64,000 nucleotides of DNA from Hypanus sabinus (Eukaryota): assembly GCF_030144855.1 (NCBI RefSeq), contig NC_082721.1, positions 20,336,001-20,400,000 on the forward strand, written 5' to 3'. Positions 49,449 to 62,335 of this stretch are shown here, piece by piece. The notes beneath the pieces were generated by a model that had not been told where the DNA came from, ran no database searches, and saw only the letters and a list, made by a program, of their open reading frames with translations. A program made the position numbers and the translations under genes. Positions within the stretch are counted from its first letter, which is position 1. The number at the start of each line of letters is the position of its first letter.

Positions 49449-49741
49449 TAGGCATCTGTTAGTCTCGTGAGACCATGAATTTGCACCTTGGAAGATTTCC
49501 AGGGCGCAGATTTGTATGGAAGACCGCAGTTGCCCAAGTTGCAAGCCTTCCCCTCTCCACGCCACCGATGTTGTCCAAGCACTAGCAGCTTGGCATTGGT
49601 GTCGTCGCAGGGCAATGTGTTGCCCTTGCACGTAAGTGCCTTGCTCAAGGATACAACACGCTACCTCAGCTGAGGCTCGAACCAGTGACCTTCAGATCAC
49701 TAGACTGATGCCTTATCCACTAGGCCACGCTCCAACACACA
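49449..49741 (-). mobile_element. tRNA-head SINE with a CORE-like motif and an RTE-like tail
   Basis: Reverse complement: A box TGGCCTAGTGG, B box GGTTCGAGCC, ccttgagcaaggcactta; TSD taccataa (49441-49448, 49742-49749). Confidence 0.75.
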
Positions 49742-49854
49742 TACCATAAATAACTATGGAACATTTTTCAAGTAAACGGCTTGTGGCAGTTGGCTAACTT
49801 GAAGGTAAATCTGACATAGTAAAGAGAGTTTTTGGAACAATGTTATTCATAAAT

Positions 49855-50820
49855 CAAAGTATTAAGTACAGGATTTGGGACATTATATTGAAGTTGTATA
49901 GGACATTGGTGAGGCCTAATTTGGAATATTGTGAGCAGTTCTAGTTACCCACATACAGGAAAGATATCAATAAGTTTGAAAGAGTACAGAGAAAATTTAC
50001 AAGGATGTTTTTGGGACGAGGACTTATAGAGAAAGGTTGAATAAGTTAGGACTTTCTACCCTAGAGCATGGGAAAATGAGGGGAGATCTGATACAGCTAT
50101 GCAAAATTATGAGTGTAATAGATAGGTTTGGTTGGCGGGTGCAGATATGTCTATACCAAAGGAAGTGTAAGGTGCTCCTTCCCTCCACTAGCCTACAGGT
50201 CACCTTTGGGCAAGGTGTATCAACTGCTTAACACAGCCCCCTCCCCCCCCCCCCCCCCCCCCCCGATCAGGATCACGTGAAGCCTTGGGAGCAGGTGCTG
50301 TCTATCACAAGTTCTGGTTATATGAGCACTGAGGCCAAGCAGACAAACTCTGAAGAGTATTGGAAATGACTGGGGTCACCCGTTTGATAAAGACACTGCT
50401 CAGAAAAAGACAACAGCAAAGCATTTCTGTAGAAAATTTCGCAAGAACAATTATGATCATGAAAAGACCATGATTCCCCACATCATACAACACAACATGT
50501 AATGAATAAACTAACAATAGATAGGGTAAATGCTTTCATCTGAGCTTGGGTGAGACTAGAACTAGAGGTCATGGGCTAAGAATGGAAGCGCAATGTTTAA
50601 GGGAAACACGAGGGTGAACTTCACTCAGAGGGTGGTGAGAGTGTGAAATGATTTACCACTGGAGGTGGAGGATGTAGGTTCCATTTCAATTTTTGGATAG
50701 GTACATGGATGGGAGGGGTATGGAGGGGTATGTTCCAGGTGTGGGTCAATGGGACTAGTTTGGTATGGACTAAATGAGCCAAAGGGCCTGAGTCGGTACT
50801 GTAGTGTTTTATGACTCTAT
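49855..50820 (+). mobile_element. CR1 3' fragment interrupted by an RTE-derived element
   Basis: LYRTLVRPNLEYC, ERVQRKFTRM and MRGDLIQ; tail tttatgactctat. Confidence 0.85.
50127..50515 (+). mobile_element. RTE-derived non-autonomous element (copy 3) with a poly-C expansion
   Basis: TSD aatagatagg (50117-50126, 50516-50525); homologous to 43455-43841. Confidence 0.85.
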
Positions 50821-51509
50821 ATGTACACATTGTCACATAGACTGGAGGAACCTAATGTCCATGAAATGAGTAATTCCCTGCTTTTTTTTTATCAATAAAG
50901 TGATCATTATTCCTTGAAGTACAGTGTAACAGAATATTCTTTCTCACAGCCCTGTGAGAGGATCCGAACTGCAGCGTTTCAGGGGAGGTTACTTTGATGG
51001 ATTGTCCACCGGTTGGTAGGAAGCCAGCATCAGTGAGGCTATTTGCCAACATCAGTCAACACCTTCAGAGCAAGAGAAAAAAAAGTGGCGCAAAAGGTGA
51101 AGTGGCTAAAAGATCAATTGAATTGCTTTGCTTTGTGTATTGATTTTGTTAGATATAAACATTGAAAAATCAATGGGGTATGCAGAGGAAAAGATCTCCA
51201 AGAGAGCAGGTTGTAGTGGGTTTGCAGCCTGCAGGCAACCTGATATATGAGCAAAGCATTGTTATTGGGACTGAATCAGTTCATTGCCTTCATAGTAAGA
51301 ACTTTGCGAGAACAAAATGTCTGAATGCCATCCAGTTCCTACTGCCTAGCCTATCAATGGATTCAATCATTGCTTATCTGCAGCTCGAATCCATTTACCT
51401 GCCTGTCGTCCATATGTTTCCTTACCAGGAGCCTATGGTGCCTATCAGTGCACACCCATAGTCTCAGCTCCCCACATTTATCCCTGTAACCTGCTGCCTC
51501 ACACTTACT

Positions 51510-52310
51510 CATAGAGCTGTAGAAAAGTACAGCACGGAAACAGGCCCTTTGGCCCATCCATTTCAACTGCCTACTCCCATTGACCTGCACCGGAACCACA
51601 CCCCTCCCATCCATGTACTTATCCAAACTCCTCTTAAACATCGAAATCAAGCTCGCGCGCACCACTTGTGCTGGCAGCTCATTCCACACTCTCACAACCC
51701 CATTTCTAAGAAAGGATGTGTTGTCGGAGGGAGTCCAGAGGAGGTTTGGGAGGATGACTCCAGAAATGAAGGGGTTAACATATGAGGAGCATTTGGCAGC
51801 CTTGGGCCTGTACTCACTAGAATTCAGAAGAACGCAGGTAGATCTCATTGAAGCCTACCGAATGTTGAAAGGACTAGCTGGGTGCATGTGGAGAGGATGT
51901 TTCGTATGATGGGGGCTACAGAGCTGGAGGGCACAGCCTCAGAACTGAGTAGCAAACCTCTAGAAAAGAGGTAAGGAGGAATCTTTTTTAGCCAGAGATG
52001 AATAAATCTGTGAAATGTTCTGCCACAGGCTGTGGTGGAGGCTAAGTCTGTGCATATATTTAAGGTGGACATTAATTGTTTCCTGATTGGTCAGGGCACC
52101 AATGGATATGGTGAGAAGGCAGGTGTATGGGGTTGAGTGGATCAGCCATGATGGAATGGCAGAGCAGACTTGATGGGCTGAATGGCCTAATTCTGCTCCC
52201 ATGTCTTATGGTCTTATGCCCCTCTGAGTGAAGAAGTTCTCCCTCATGTTCCTCTTAAACGTTTCACCTTTCATCCTTAACCCATGACCTCTGGTTGTAG
52301 TCTCGCACAA
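51510..52310. mobile_element. Minus-strand CR1 3' end with a plus-strand CR1 (~51698-52218) nested inside
   Basis: Reverse complement VVRVWNELP continues at ~52220 (ctctgagtgaagaagttc); inner piece has VQRRFGRM..GLYSLEFRR and a tcttatggtcttatg tail. Confidence 0.8.
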
Positions 52311-53477
52311 CTCCTCACTATCACCTATTAACTCCTCTGTAATTCTCCTATACCCACTGTAGGGTTAACTTATAGTCACTCACATGTCTTTGGAAGCCAG
52401 AATGAAGCTACAGCACCCAGGGGTAACCCACACAATCACAGGGAAAATATAGAAACTCCCCATGGACGGCATCCAAGGTCAGGAGCAAACCTGGGTCCCT
52501 GGTGTGGCATCAGCTTTACCTGTTGAGTCACTGTGCAGATCAGCATTCTGTCCTTAGCATATGGAGTGCAATGCATTGTGACCGAGAAGCTTATTAAATC
52601 CATCCACTGCTTGGATCAATTTCTTCCCCCGGGCTGCAAGCCAGCTGCACCTGGTGCTCACAGGTGCTTCCACATCCAACTACTGAGTGTGCTTAGCTGC
52701 ATACCCACAGGAAATGACAACTTCTCTGATGTGCTAACTCAGTAAAAATCTAGACATGTCTTCAGAATTTCACTTCACCCAGGCTTCACTTTCTCATAGA
52801 GTCATGGTCTCTAAAATATCGTTATTTTTTAAAAAATCTGCCTCCACCACCTCCTCTCGACGAGTGTGCCAAGTATCAATCATTCAGGAACATACAATGG
52901 AATGAGTAGTTTGTGTCAAATCCAGTCAGCAACGATTGTGCTGGGGCAGACCACAAGTTGTACCATGCTTATGGTGCTAAAGTAACATGCCCGGATCTCA
53001 CTAAAACTAATCATAGGTCTTAGGAATGTGGGAGGAAACTGGGACACCCATAGGAAACCCCTGTAGTTATGGGGAGGACCTCCAAATTCCTTATGGACAG
53101 TGGTGGAAATCAAACCCCAACTGTATAGTTGTCACTGTAATAGCATTGTCGCTCCTTTTCCCTCTCATCTAGGTCCGCTTGTTTTAGACAACCCCATCTA
53201 GGGAATAAGATTTTTATTGTCTACGCTATAGACCTTGATCAGGTCACCCATCTCTTCTTATGGCTGCAGCCTCCAATCCAGGCAACATCCTGGTGAATCT
53301 CTTTCTCTGGAAAAGTTTTCCACAATTCACTGATGATTTGTATGGAAAAAGTTCTTTCTACATAACTGTGATAGATGTAAGTGAATCAAGGGATTTGGAG
53401 CTAGTGTTGGAAAATGCTTCTCAGATAAAAGGACAACTATGATCTGGATTGTTCCTGCTTCTGTTTCTTAACAAGAG

Positions 53478-53990
53478 TCATTTAGTCATAGAGTCATAGA
53501 ACACTACAATGAAGAAACAGGCCCTTTGGCCCATTTAGTCTGTGCCTAGTCCCATCAACCTACACCCAGACCATACTTTCCACACCTCTCTCTTCCATGT
53601 ACCTATCCAAATTTCTCTTAAATGTTGAAATTGACACATATCCACCACTTTTGCTGGCAGCATGTCCACACTCTCATCATCCTCTGAGTGAAGAAGCTCC
53701 CCCTCTTGTTTCCCTTAAACATTTCATCTTTCACCTTTAACTATGACCTCTAGTTATAGCCTCACCCAGCCTCAGCAAAAAAGCCTGCTTGCAGTTACCC
53801 TACCTACACCCTTCATAATTTTGCATATATACCTCCATAAAATCTTCCCTACACTCTCGGGAATAAAGTCCTAACCTATTCAACCTTTCCCTATAACTCA
53901 GATCCTCAAGTTCTTGCAACGTCCTTGTAAATTTTCTCTGCACTCCTTTGACCTTATTTACACCTTTCCTGTTGGCTGGTGACAAAAATG
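53478..53990 (-). mobile_element. CR1 3' fragment
   Basis: Reverse complement encodes VQRKFTR..LSYRERLNRLGLYS; (CTATGACT)n tail. Confidence 0.85.
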
Positions 53991-54039
53991 GCAGCATACA
54001 TATAACCTCAGTGGACAAGCTCTCCAGTCTGACCTATCT

Positions 54040-54750
54040 AAGCATTTTCCCTGACCAGTAATGCCACCCCTCCCTCCTTAATGTCCCCAACCCCCTGCTC
54101 TACCACATCTAAAACAACGGAATCCTGGAACATTGAGCTGCCAAGTGCTGGCCATCCTGCAACCAAGTCTCACTGATGGCTACAGTATCATAATTCCACA
54201 TGCTGATCCATGTCCTGAAGTCATCTGCCGTTCCTACAATATTCCTTACATTGAAATATGTAGAACTCAGAACATTAGTCCCACCATGCTCAGCTTTTCA
54301 ATTCCTGCTTTTGTATGTAGGCTTAGCAACATCTTTCCCCATAGCCACTGCACTATCTGCTCTGGCGCTCTAGTTCTAATTGCCCAACAACTCTAGTTTA
54401 AACTCCTCCGCGCAGCACGAGCAAGCCTTCCTGCAAGGATGTTAGTCCCCCTCCAGTTCAGATGCAACCAGTCCCTTCTGTACAGGTTGTACCTTCACTG
54501 GAAGAGAGCACAAATGTGAAGTCCTCCCTCCTGCACCATTTCCTTAGCCACATGTTAAACTGTATGATCTTCCTAGTTCTGGCCTCACTAGCACGTAGCA
54601 CAGGTAGCAATCCTGAGATCACAACCATGGGAGTTCTGTCCTCTAACTTAGCGTCTAACACCCTGACCTCATTTTGCAGGACCTCTTCACCCACCCTGCC
54701 CATGCCACTGGTACCAATGTAGACCACAACCTTGGTTGCTAACCCTCCCT
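54040..54750 (-). mobile_element. CR1 5' fragment: ORF1 SGNH-esterase region and start of the APE domain
   Basis: VYIGT..MGR...VVISGLLPVLRASE...WLRKWCRRE; downstream reverse complement YFNVRNIVG and YDTVAISETWL. Confidence 0.85.
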
Positions 54751-55644
54751 CTTTTTGACTCCTATGACAGCTGGCTTCATTGGACCAGTATTGAAGGAAA
54801 AGGAAAAGACTGAAGATAGTTTGAAACTGCAGCTGGATCAGATGTGTGCAGTGAATGCGTTCTCACCCGGTGTCATGTTGGGTCTCTTTTCAGATACTTG
54901 AGTACAAAAATCTGGAGCGATGTCCCTCTGGGGGGTGGGGGGCGTGGTAGGAGTGAAGAACAACGAATCACTGTTTTTGGCACGCACCCTCCGGGGAACT
55001 GTACCATAAACTGTTTTGAGGTAAACAGAGTCTCAACTACCGTCAATAATCTGATCACTGAGTCTTGTTACTGTATCGAGTACAGAAGCACACTTGGAAA
55101 GCTTAACAATACTGCAGACGTATAAAACAGAAAATGTTGGTAACACCCTATAGGCCTGTATGGAGAGAATGTTTCAGGTGGGAATTTCCAGCAGCTTCTT
55201 ACGGATACTCTCTCTTTCCATAACCCACTAATGACCCAGACACTGAGATCTTAATTGTCACTGAGTGTCCACATTAACCAACCCCCACTCCTGAATGGCT
55301 GTTCATGCCCTTTAACTTCAACTAATTGTTGACTTTCTCAGAGAGATTTTCCAGATTCGTTAACTATTACTGAATTCCTTGGCCCATGCTCCAATTCATA
55401 GAGCTCTCTCATCAACTCACTGCATCTCCATTACCTATTCTGTATTTTAACGTTCTCCATCATTTAGACCTGCCACTCCAACTGAAAACTCTCCTTTACT
55501 TGATGTGCTGGTTTAATATATACAGTACAGCACCCTCAGATACCACTTAGACCAAACCTCAGAGCACATTTACTGTTAACCGACATAGCTGCAATACAAA
55601 CACATATTAACAATAATATTTTCAGCTTCTCCAAGATTCTCTAA

Positions 55645-57810
55645 GACCAAGATGTAGGAGCATAATTAGGCCATTTGACCCATCAAGTCTGATCATGACT
55701 GAACCATTTCCCTCTGAACCCCATTCTCCTGCATTTTCCCTGTAATGTTTGACACTCCGATCAATCAAAAACCTATCGACCTCTGCTTTAAATTTACCCA
55801 ATGACTTGGCTTGCCCAGCTGGCTATGGCAATGAATTCCACAGATTCACCAGTCTCTGGCTAAAGAAATGTACCTTTACCTCTGTTCTAAATGGATGCCC
55901 CTTTATTCTGAGGCTGTGCCCTCTGGTCCTAGACACTCCACTATAGGAAATACCCTCTCCACATCCACCCTATCTAGGCATTCCAATATTTAATGTGTTT
56001 TAATAAGATCACCCCTCACTCTTCTAAACTCCAGTGAGTACAGACCCTGAGCCATCAAGCAATTCTCAAATGTTAACCCCTTAATTCCTGGGATCACGCT
56101 CATGAATCTCTTCTGGACACTCCAATGCCAGCACATTTTTTTAGATAAGGGACCCAAAACTGCTTTCAGTATTCAAAGTGCAGTCTGACCAATGCCTTAT
56201 AAAGCCTCAAAATTACAATCTTGCTTTTGTATCCTAGTCCTCTAAAAATGAATACTAACATTATATTTCCCTTCTTTACCACTGACTTTTACATTTTTAC
56301 ATGTCTTTAACATTTAGGAAACCCTGCATGCGGGCTCCCAGGTCCCTTTTCACCTCTGATTTTTAAATTTTCTCCCCATTTTGAAAGTAGTCCTCACCTT
56401 TATTTCTTCTTTCACCTTTATTTAGTCCTCACCTTTATTTCTTGACCATGCATTTCCCTTCATTACATTCCATCAGTCACTTCTTTGCTCATTCCCCTAA
56501 TCTGTACATATCCTTCTGCAGACACCCTGCTTCCTCAACACTACCTGCACCTCCACCTATCTTTGTATCATCTACCAACTTGGCCACAAAGCCACCAATT
56601 CCTTCATCCAATTTTAGTTTCTCTTTTTCAAACTGTAGACTGAATTCTATCACATTATAATCACTGTTTCTTAGGGTTCCTTTACCTTAAGTTTCCTAAG
56701 CAAATCTTGATAATTTGCACCCCAGAATTGTCATTCCCCAAGTGGGCTCAAACACAAGCTGCCTTAAAAAGCCATCTGATAGTCATTGTACAAATTCCCT
56801 CTCTTGGGATCCAGCACCAACCTGATTTTCTGTATCTACGTACTGATCGAAATCCTTCGTGATTATTGTCTTTTTTCATGCCTTTTCTATCTGTCATTTT
56901 TAATTTGTAGCCCACTTTCTGGCTAGAGGTAACTGGAGGTCTGTATGTTACTCCCATCAGGTTCTTTTCACCCTTGCAGTTTCTTAACTCTACCCACAAG
57001 AATTCTGCAACTTCTGATCATATTTCACCTCTTTCTAAGGGTTTGAATTCTTTTTTTTTTACCAACAGAGCCACCCCACCTCTCTACCTATCTGTTGGTC
57101 CTTTCAATACAATATGTATCCTTGGCTGTTAAGCTTCCAACTATGATCTTGCAGCCACGTCTCAGAGATGCCCACAATATCATACCTGCCAACCACCAAC
57201 TTGGCTGCAAGATCATCTATCTTACTCTGTGTACTGCGTGCATACAAATATAACACTTCCAGTACTATATTCATCACCCTTTTTGATTTTAGCCCCCGTT
57301 ACACTTTAACTCATTCAGCTTACTGCAGTATTGCTCTATCATCTGCCTGTCCTTCCTCACAATCTCAATGCATTGACTTGTATACCAATTTCCCCAATTT
57401 CAGCCCTATCACTCTGGTTCCCATTCCTTGCCATGTTAGTTTAAACCCTCCCCCATTTCTGATAAGGTTATGCCTTCCCCAGAAGAGATCTCAGCAATCT
57501 AGAAATCTGAAACAACAACAACAACAACTACTCCTCCTCCTCCTCCTCTCCCCCCCCTTCCCTTCCCTTCCCTTCCCTTCCCTTCCCCCCACCCCACTCC
57601 CACTCCCACTCCCACTCCCACTCCCACTCACAACCTTACACTCACTGGCACAAGGCAGCAATCCCGAGATTACCAACCTGGAGCTCCTGCTTTTCAGCTT
57701 TCTTTTATTAACTCCCTGTATCCTCTCTTCAGGTCCTCCTCCGTTCTACTACCTATATCTGTGGTACCAATATGCACCACGACTTCCAGCTGATCACCCT
57801 TGCCCTGAAG
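55645..57810 (-). mobile_element. Long, internally deleted CR1 (ORF1 esterase to 3' tail)
   Basis: VISGLLPCASE at ~57650, WVELRNCKG...GVTYRPP at ~56990, RT and 3' fragments, tail at ~55645. Confidence 0.8.
57512..57628 (+). repeat. Compound microsatellite (CAA)n-(CTC)n-(CCCTT)n-(CCCACT)n
   Basis: Read directly; lies inside CR1 ORF1. Confidence 0.9.
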
Positions 57811-58204
57811 AGTGCCATGGATTCCAATGGATCATTTAGTGATGCTCTTTAAAGTGTATGATGGTTTAGAATTTCTTGAATTCTTTTGATCATCTCATCT
57901 TAGAATGTACAAAATGTTAGAGACAGTGGGAGGGGTAAGTCATTCAGCATAGTGCCTGGTCACTTATGATCTGGACCATGCCTGCTTCTATCACTTATGG
58001 TTTAATGTTGTGTCAGAGAGGTGATTCTTGCACTACCCTGTGTAGAAGTAAGTACAGGATCCTGAGTTCCCCTACCACCAGGCTCAGGAACAGTTATTAC
58101 CCTTCAACCATCGGGCTCCTGAGCAAGTGTGGGTAACTTCACTCACCACAACAGTGAACTAATTCTACAATGTATAGACTCACTTTCATATTCTCAACAA
58201 TAGG

Positions 58205-58340
58205 TCTGCAGATGCAAAACACACAAAATGCTGGGGGAGCTCAGCAGGTCAGGCAGCATCTATGAAAATGAATAAACAGTCAAATTTTAGGGGCAAGACC
58301 CTTCTTCAGGAACAGAAAAGAAGAGGGAAGATGCCAGAAT
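58205..58340 (-). mobile_element. Penelope terminal fragment
   Basis: ctgcagatgc...ctcagcaggtcaggcagcatc...gacccttcttcagg. Confidence 0.75.
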
Positions 58341-58742
58341 GCTCATAATTATTATTATTATTATTTGATTTTTTTGCAATTGTGCAGTTTGTCTTTTTAT
58401 GATTCTTCTGGTAGAATGGCAGCACATTTGATCGCAACAGCTTCTGTGGGGTCAGCCGAAGGTGCTGATACATTTTTTTATGATCGCAAGATTCTGCTGG
58501 ACATTAAGAACTTAAAGTACTGCAGGTCTACCCTATCAGCAAGTTGCTTGTTGGTGGAGAAACTGAAGGAAATGAACGGTGAAGATCATGCTACTGCCAA
58601 CATTAAAGAACCGTCAGAGGAGTCGGTGCGTGAAGGAGGTGTGCAGTTTAACAGCGAGTGATTGTCTTGATTGATTTTTTTTGTGATCACAAGACCCTAT
58701 GGCATTGTTACTGTGGAATACTGCAAGTCCAATTCAAGTCAA

Positions 58743-60460
58743 CTTATGTGAAGAACAAAAGGATGACAGGAGTGAAGGTAGGACCAATTAGAAATAAAAG
58801 TGGGAAGATGTGCCTGGAGGCTGTGGAAGTGAGCGAGGTCCTCAATGAATACTCTTTGGTATTCACCATTGAGAGGGAACTTGATGACGGTGAGGACAAT
58901 ATGAGTGAGGTTGATGTTCTGGAGCATGTTAATATTAAGGGAGAGGAGGTGTTGAAGTTGTTAAAATACATTAGGACGGATAAGTCCCCGGGGCCTGACG
59001 GAATATTCCCCAGGCTGCTCCATGAGGCAAGGGAAGAGATTGCTGAACCTCTGGCTCGGATCTTTATGTCCTTGTTGTCCACGGGAATGGTACTGGAGGA
59101 TTGGAGGGAGGTGAATGTTGTCCCCTTGTTCAAAAAAGGTAGTAGGGATAGTCCAGGTAATTATAGACCAGTGAGCCTTATGTCTGTGGTGGGAAAGCTG
59201 CTGGAAAAGATTCTTAGAGATAGGATCTATGGGCATTTAGAGAACCATGGTCTGATCAGGGACAGTCAGCATGGCTTTGTGAAGGCAGATCATGCCTAAC
59301 AAGCCTGATAGAGTTCTTTGAGAAGGTGACCAGACATATAGATGAGGGTAGTGTAGTGGATGTGATCTACATGGATTTTAGTAAGGCATTTGACAAGGTT
59401 CCACATGGTAGGCTTATTCAGAAAGTCAGAAGGCATGGGTTCCAGGGAAGTTTGGCCAAGTGGATTCAGAATTGGCTTGCCTGCAGAAGGCAGAGGGTCG
59501 TGGTGGAGGGAGTACATTCAGATTGGAGGGTCGTGACTAGTGGTGTCCCACAAGGATTGGTTCTGGGACCTCTACTTTTTGTGATTTTTATTAACAACCT
59601 GGATGTGGGGGTAGAAGGGTGGGTTGGCAAGTTTGCAGATGACACAAAGGTTGGTGGTGTTGTAGATAGTGTAGAGGATTGTCGAAGGTTGCAGAGAGAC
59701 ATTGATAGGGTGCAGAAGTGGGCTGAGAAGTGGCAGATGGAGTTCAACCCAGAGAAGTGTGAGGCGGTACACTTGTGGACGAGCAAAGGGGATCTGGGGT
59801 ACATGTCCACAGATCCCTAAAAGTAGCCTCACAGGTAGATAGGGTGGTTAAGAAAGCTTATGGGATGTTAGCTTTCATAAGTCGAGGGATAGAGTTTAAG
59901 CGATGCAATGTAATGATGCAGCTCTATAAAACTCTGGTTAGGCCACACTTGGGGTACTGTATCCATTTTTGGTCACCTCACTTTAGGAAGGATGTGGAAG
60001 CATTGGAAAGAGTACAGAGATTTACCAGGATGCTGCCTGGTTTAGAGAGTATGGATTATGATCAGAGATTAAGGAAACTAGGGCTTTACTCTTTGGAGAG
60101 AAGGAGGATGAGAGGAGACATGATAAAGGTGTACAAGATACTAAGAGAAATAGACAGAGTGGACAACCAGCGCCTCTTCCCCAGGGCACCACTGCTCAGT
60201 ACAAGAGGACATGGCTTTAAGGTAAGGGGAGGGAAGTTCAAGGGGGATATTAGAGGAAGGTTTTTCACTCAGAGAGTGGTTGGTGCATGGAATGCACTGC
60301 CTGAGTCAATGGTGAGGCAGATACACTAGTGAAGTTTAAGAGACTACTAGACAGGTATATGGAGGAATTTAAGGTGGGGGGTTTATATAGGAGGCAGGGT
60401 TTGAAGGTCGGCACAACATTGTGGGCCGAAGGGCCTGTAATGTGCTGTACTGTTCTATGT
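58743..60460 (+). mobile_element. 5'-truncated CR1 LINE ORF2 (RT), relatively young, frameshifted
   Basis: KSPGPDGIFP, PGNYRPVSL, SQHGF, DFSKAFDKVPH, GVPQG..LGP, KFADDTK, LVRPHL; internal deletion at ~59775; tail tgtactgttctatg. Confidence 0.95.
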
Positions 60461-60760
60461 TTATTGTCATTTCGACCATAACTGCTGGTACAGTGCATAG
60501 CAAAAATGAGACAACGTTTTTCAGGACTATGGTCTACATGACACAGTACAAAAAACTAGACTGAACTATGTAATAAAAAAAACACAGAGAAAGCTACACT
60601 AGATTACAGACCTACACTGAACTGCATAAAGTGCACAAAACAGTACCGGCATAACAATAAATAATAAACAGGACAGTAGGGCAAGGATAAACAGGACAGT
60701 AGGACAATTCACTGATCTATTGGCCGTCAGTGGGAAAGCTGCATAGTCTCGGTCTTAGCA
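60461..60760 (-). mobile_element. Rex1-like 3' tail split by the CR1 insertion
   Basis: aagtccaattcaagt (58726-58740) joins ttattgtcatt (60461), the reverse complement of aatgacaataaa(cttgaa)n. Confidence 0.55.
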
Positions 60761-61242
60761 AGGAGGAGGTCTCCAGCCACGGTGTCATCTGCTTACAGCT
60801 GCCCAGGCGAAAGGCATTGGAGTCAATGCGCTCCACTGGAGGTGGAGTGGCACAGCGTCCGAGCAGGTGCTACCCCCAGTGTTCGCTCAGCAGAAGACAA
60901 GCTATATTGTGTTTGACTGTGGACTCCTGCAACCTTCATGGACTCAGCATTTTGAACTATATATCTTTTGCGTGACTGTATTTTACTGATATTTTATATG
61001 TGCTTCCAATCTTGTATGTGCCTTGTGTGTGTGTGTGACTGTTGGTACTAGCATGACAATTAAACTTGAACTTGGTGGTTTGTCAGTGTTGGACTGTATG
61101 TAGCTTTTCATTGATTCTGTTGTGCTTCTTTGTATCGACCATGAATGCCTGCAAGAAAATGAACCGCAGGGTAGTCTATGGTGATGTGTACATACTTCGA
61201 TAATAAAATTACTTTGATTTTGTTTCAATTTTCTTAAAAGTC

Positions 61243-61850
61243 TTGATCTCTGAGTGGAAAAACCTTCCTCTAATATCCCCCTTGAACTTCCCTCCCCTTA
61301 CCTTAAAGCTATGTCCTCTTGTCCACCAATGGGTGGACATATTACTTCTTAGTCTTGAGTGGTCAACCTTTTACTTTGAAATTAAAGCTTCTGATTCTAG
61401 ACATCCCAGACAGGGAAAAGTTACCTCTGCATTTATCCTTAAGAATCTGTACATTTTAATGAGATCACCTCTCATTTTTTTTCTACACTCAAGGGAATGT
61501 AGGCTTAAGCTGCTTAATCTTGCCTCATACGATGATGAATCAATCTGTTGAACTTTCAATGCACTCCCTCCATTGCAAGTATATTCTTTCGTGGACAGGG
61601 AGGCCAGAGACGAACGCAGCCTTCCAGGTGCAGTCTCACCAGGTGCAGTCTCACCAGGGTTCCATGTGATTTCTGTAAGGTATTTATGCTCTTGTACTCA
61701 AATCCTCTTGCAGTAAAGGCAAACATTGCATTTGCCTCCCTAATAGTTTGCTGCACCTGCATTTTGACTTTCATGATTTGTACACAAGGACACCTAGGTC
61801 CTTTTGAACACCATTCAATCTCATTAAAAAAAAACATACTCAGCTTTTCA
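61243..61850 (-). mobile_element. CR1 ORF2 C-terminal fragments
   Basis: Reverse complement encodes KANAMFAF-like EANAMFAF..RGFEYK, LVRLH duplicated, MRGDLIKMY. Confidence 0.8.
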
Positions 61851-62261
61851 ACATGCAGCTCAGATGTGGTATAGAATTCTCTTGTTTCATTTTGTCTGCA
61901 CCTCCTTCTGGACAGAACATTAAAAAGATTTTCTTTTTATTTTAAGTTACTTACAGTAACACAGAAGGAAGTCATTTATTTTATACCCATTCCCAGCAGT
62001 GTAATCCCACCAGACACATTCTTCTACTTGTTTTTTCATCCCTGTACTCCTGCAACCTATCTATCCTCCCTCCCACATGCTCGTTAACTCCATTTTTGTT
62101 TTTCTTACACTTAACTCACGCGAGGAGTAATTTATAGATCACATCTTTGGGAGAAAACCAGTCCACAACACAGAACCTCTCAAGGTCAGTGCAAACCCTG
62201 CAAACTCCACGCAGGCAGCACCAAAGATATAAGTCTGGCCCCCAGTACTGTAGAACTACAT

Positions 62262-62335
62262 CAGGGGTTCCTAATCTGGGATCCAAGGACATACTGCTTA
62301 ATAGGTCCATGGCATAAAAAATATGGGAAACCCTG
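62262..62335. mobile_element. hAT-type mini-MITE
   Basis: CAGGGGTTCC...GGAAACCCTG termini; 8-bp flanks aactacat/aaccatat. Confidence 0.6.

Noticed and set aside
51153-51250. Frame INIEKSMGYAEEKISKR-AGCSGFAACRQPDI-stop after an acceptor-like site, resembling a dibasic-cleaved Cys-ring peptide hormone
   Set aside because: No signal-peptide exon, no amidation motif, too short for the calcitonin family and no match I recognise; likely chance
54894-55020. Plus-strand exon-like segment; similar case at 6234-6334
   Set aside because: Splice-like ends and an open frame only, which is expected by chance in 64 kb
57168-57839. 223-aa ORF with poly-Q, poly-L and Pro repeats
   Set aside because: Antisense to CR1 and held open by a microsatellite
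58658-60329. Long RT ORFs as a functional gene (also 13327-15414)
   Set aside because: 5'-truncated CR1 copies with frameshifts, stops and deletions
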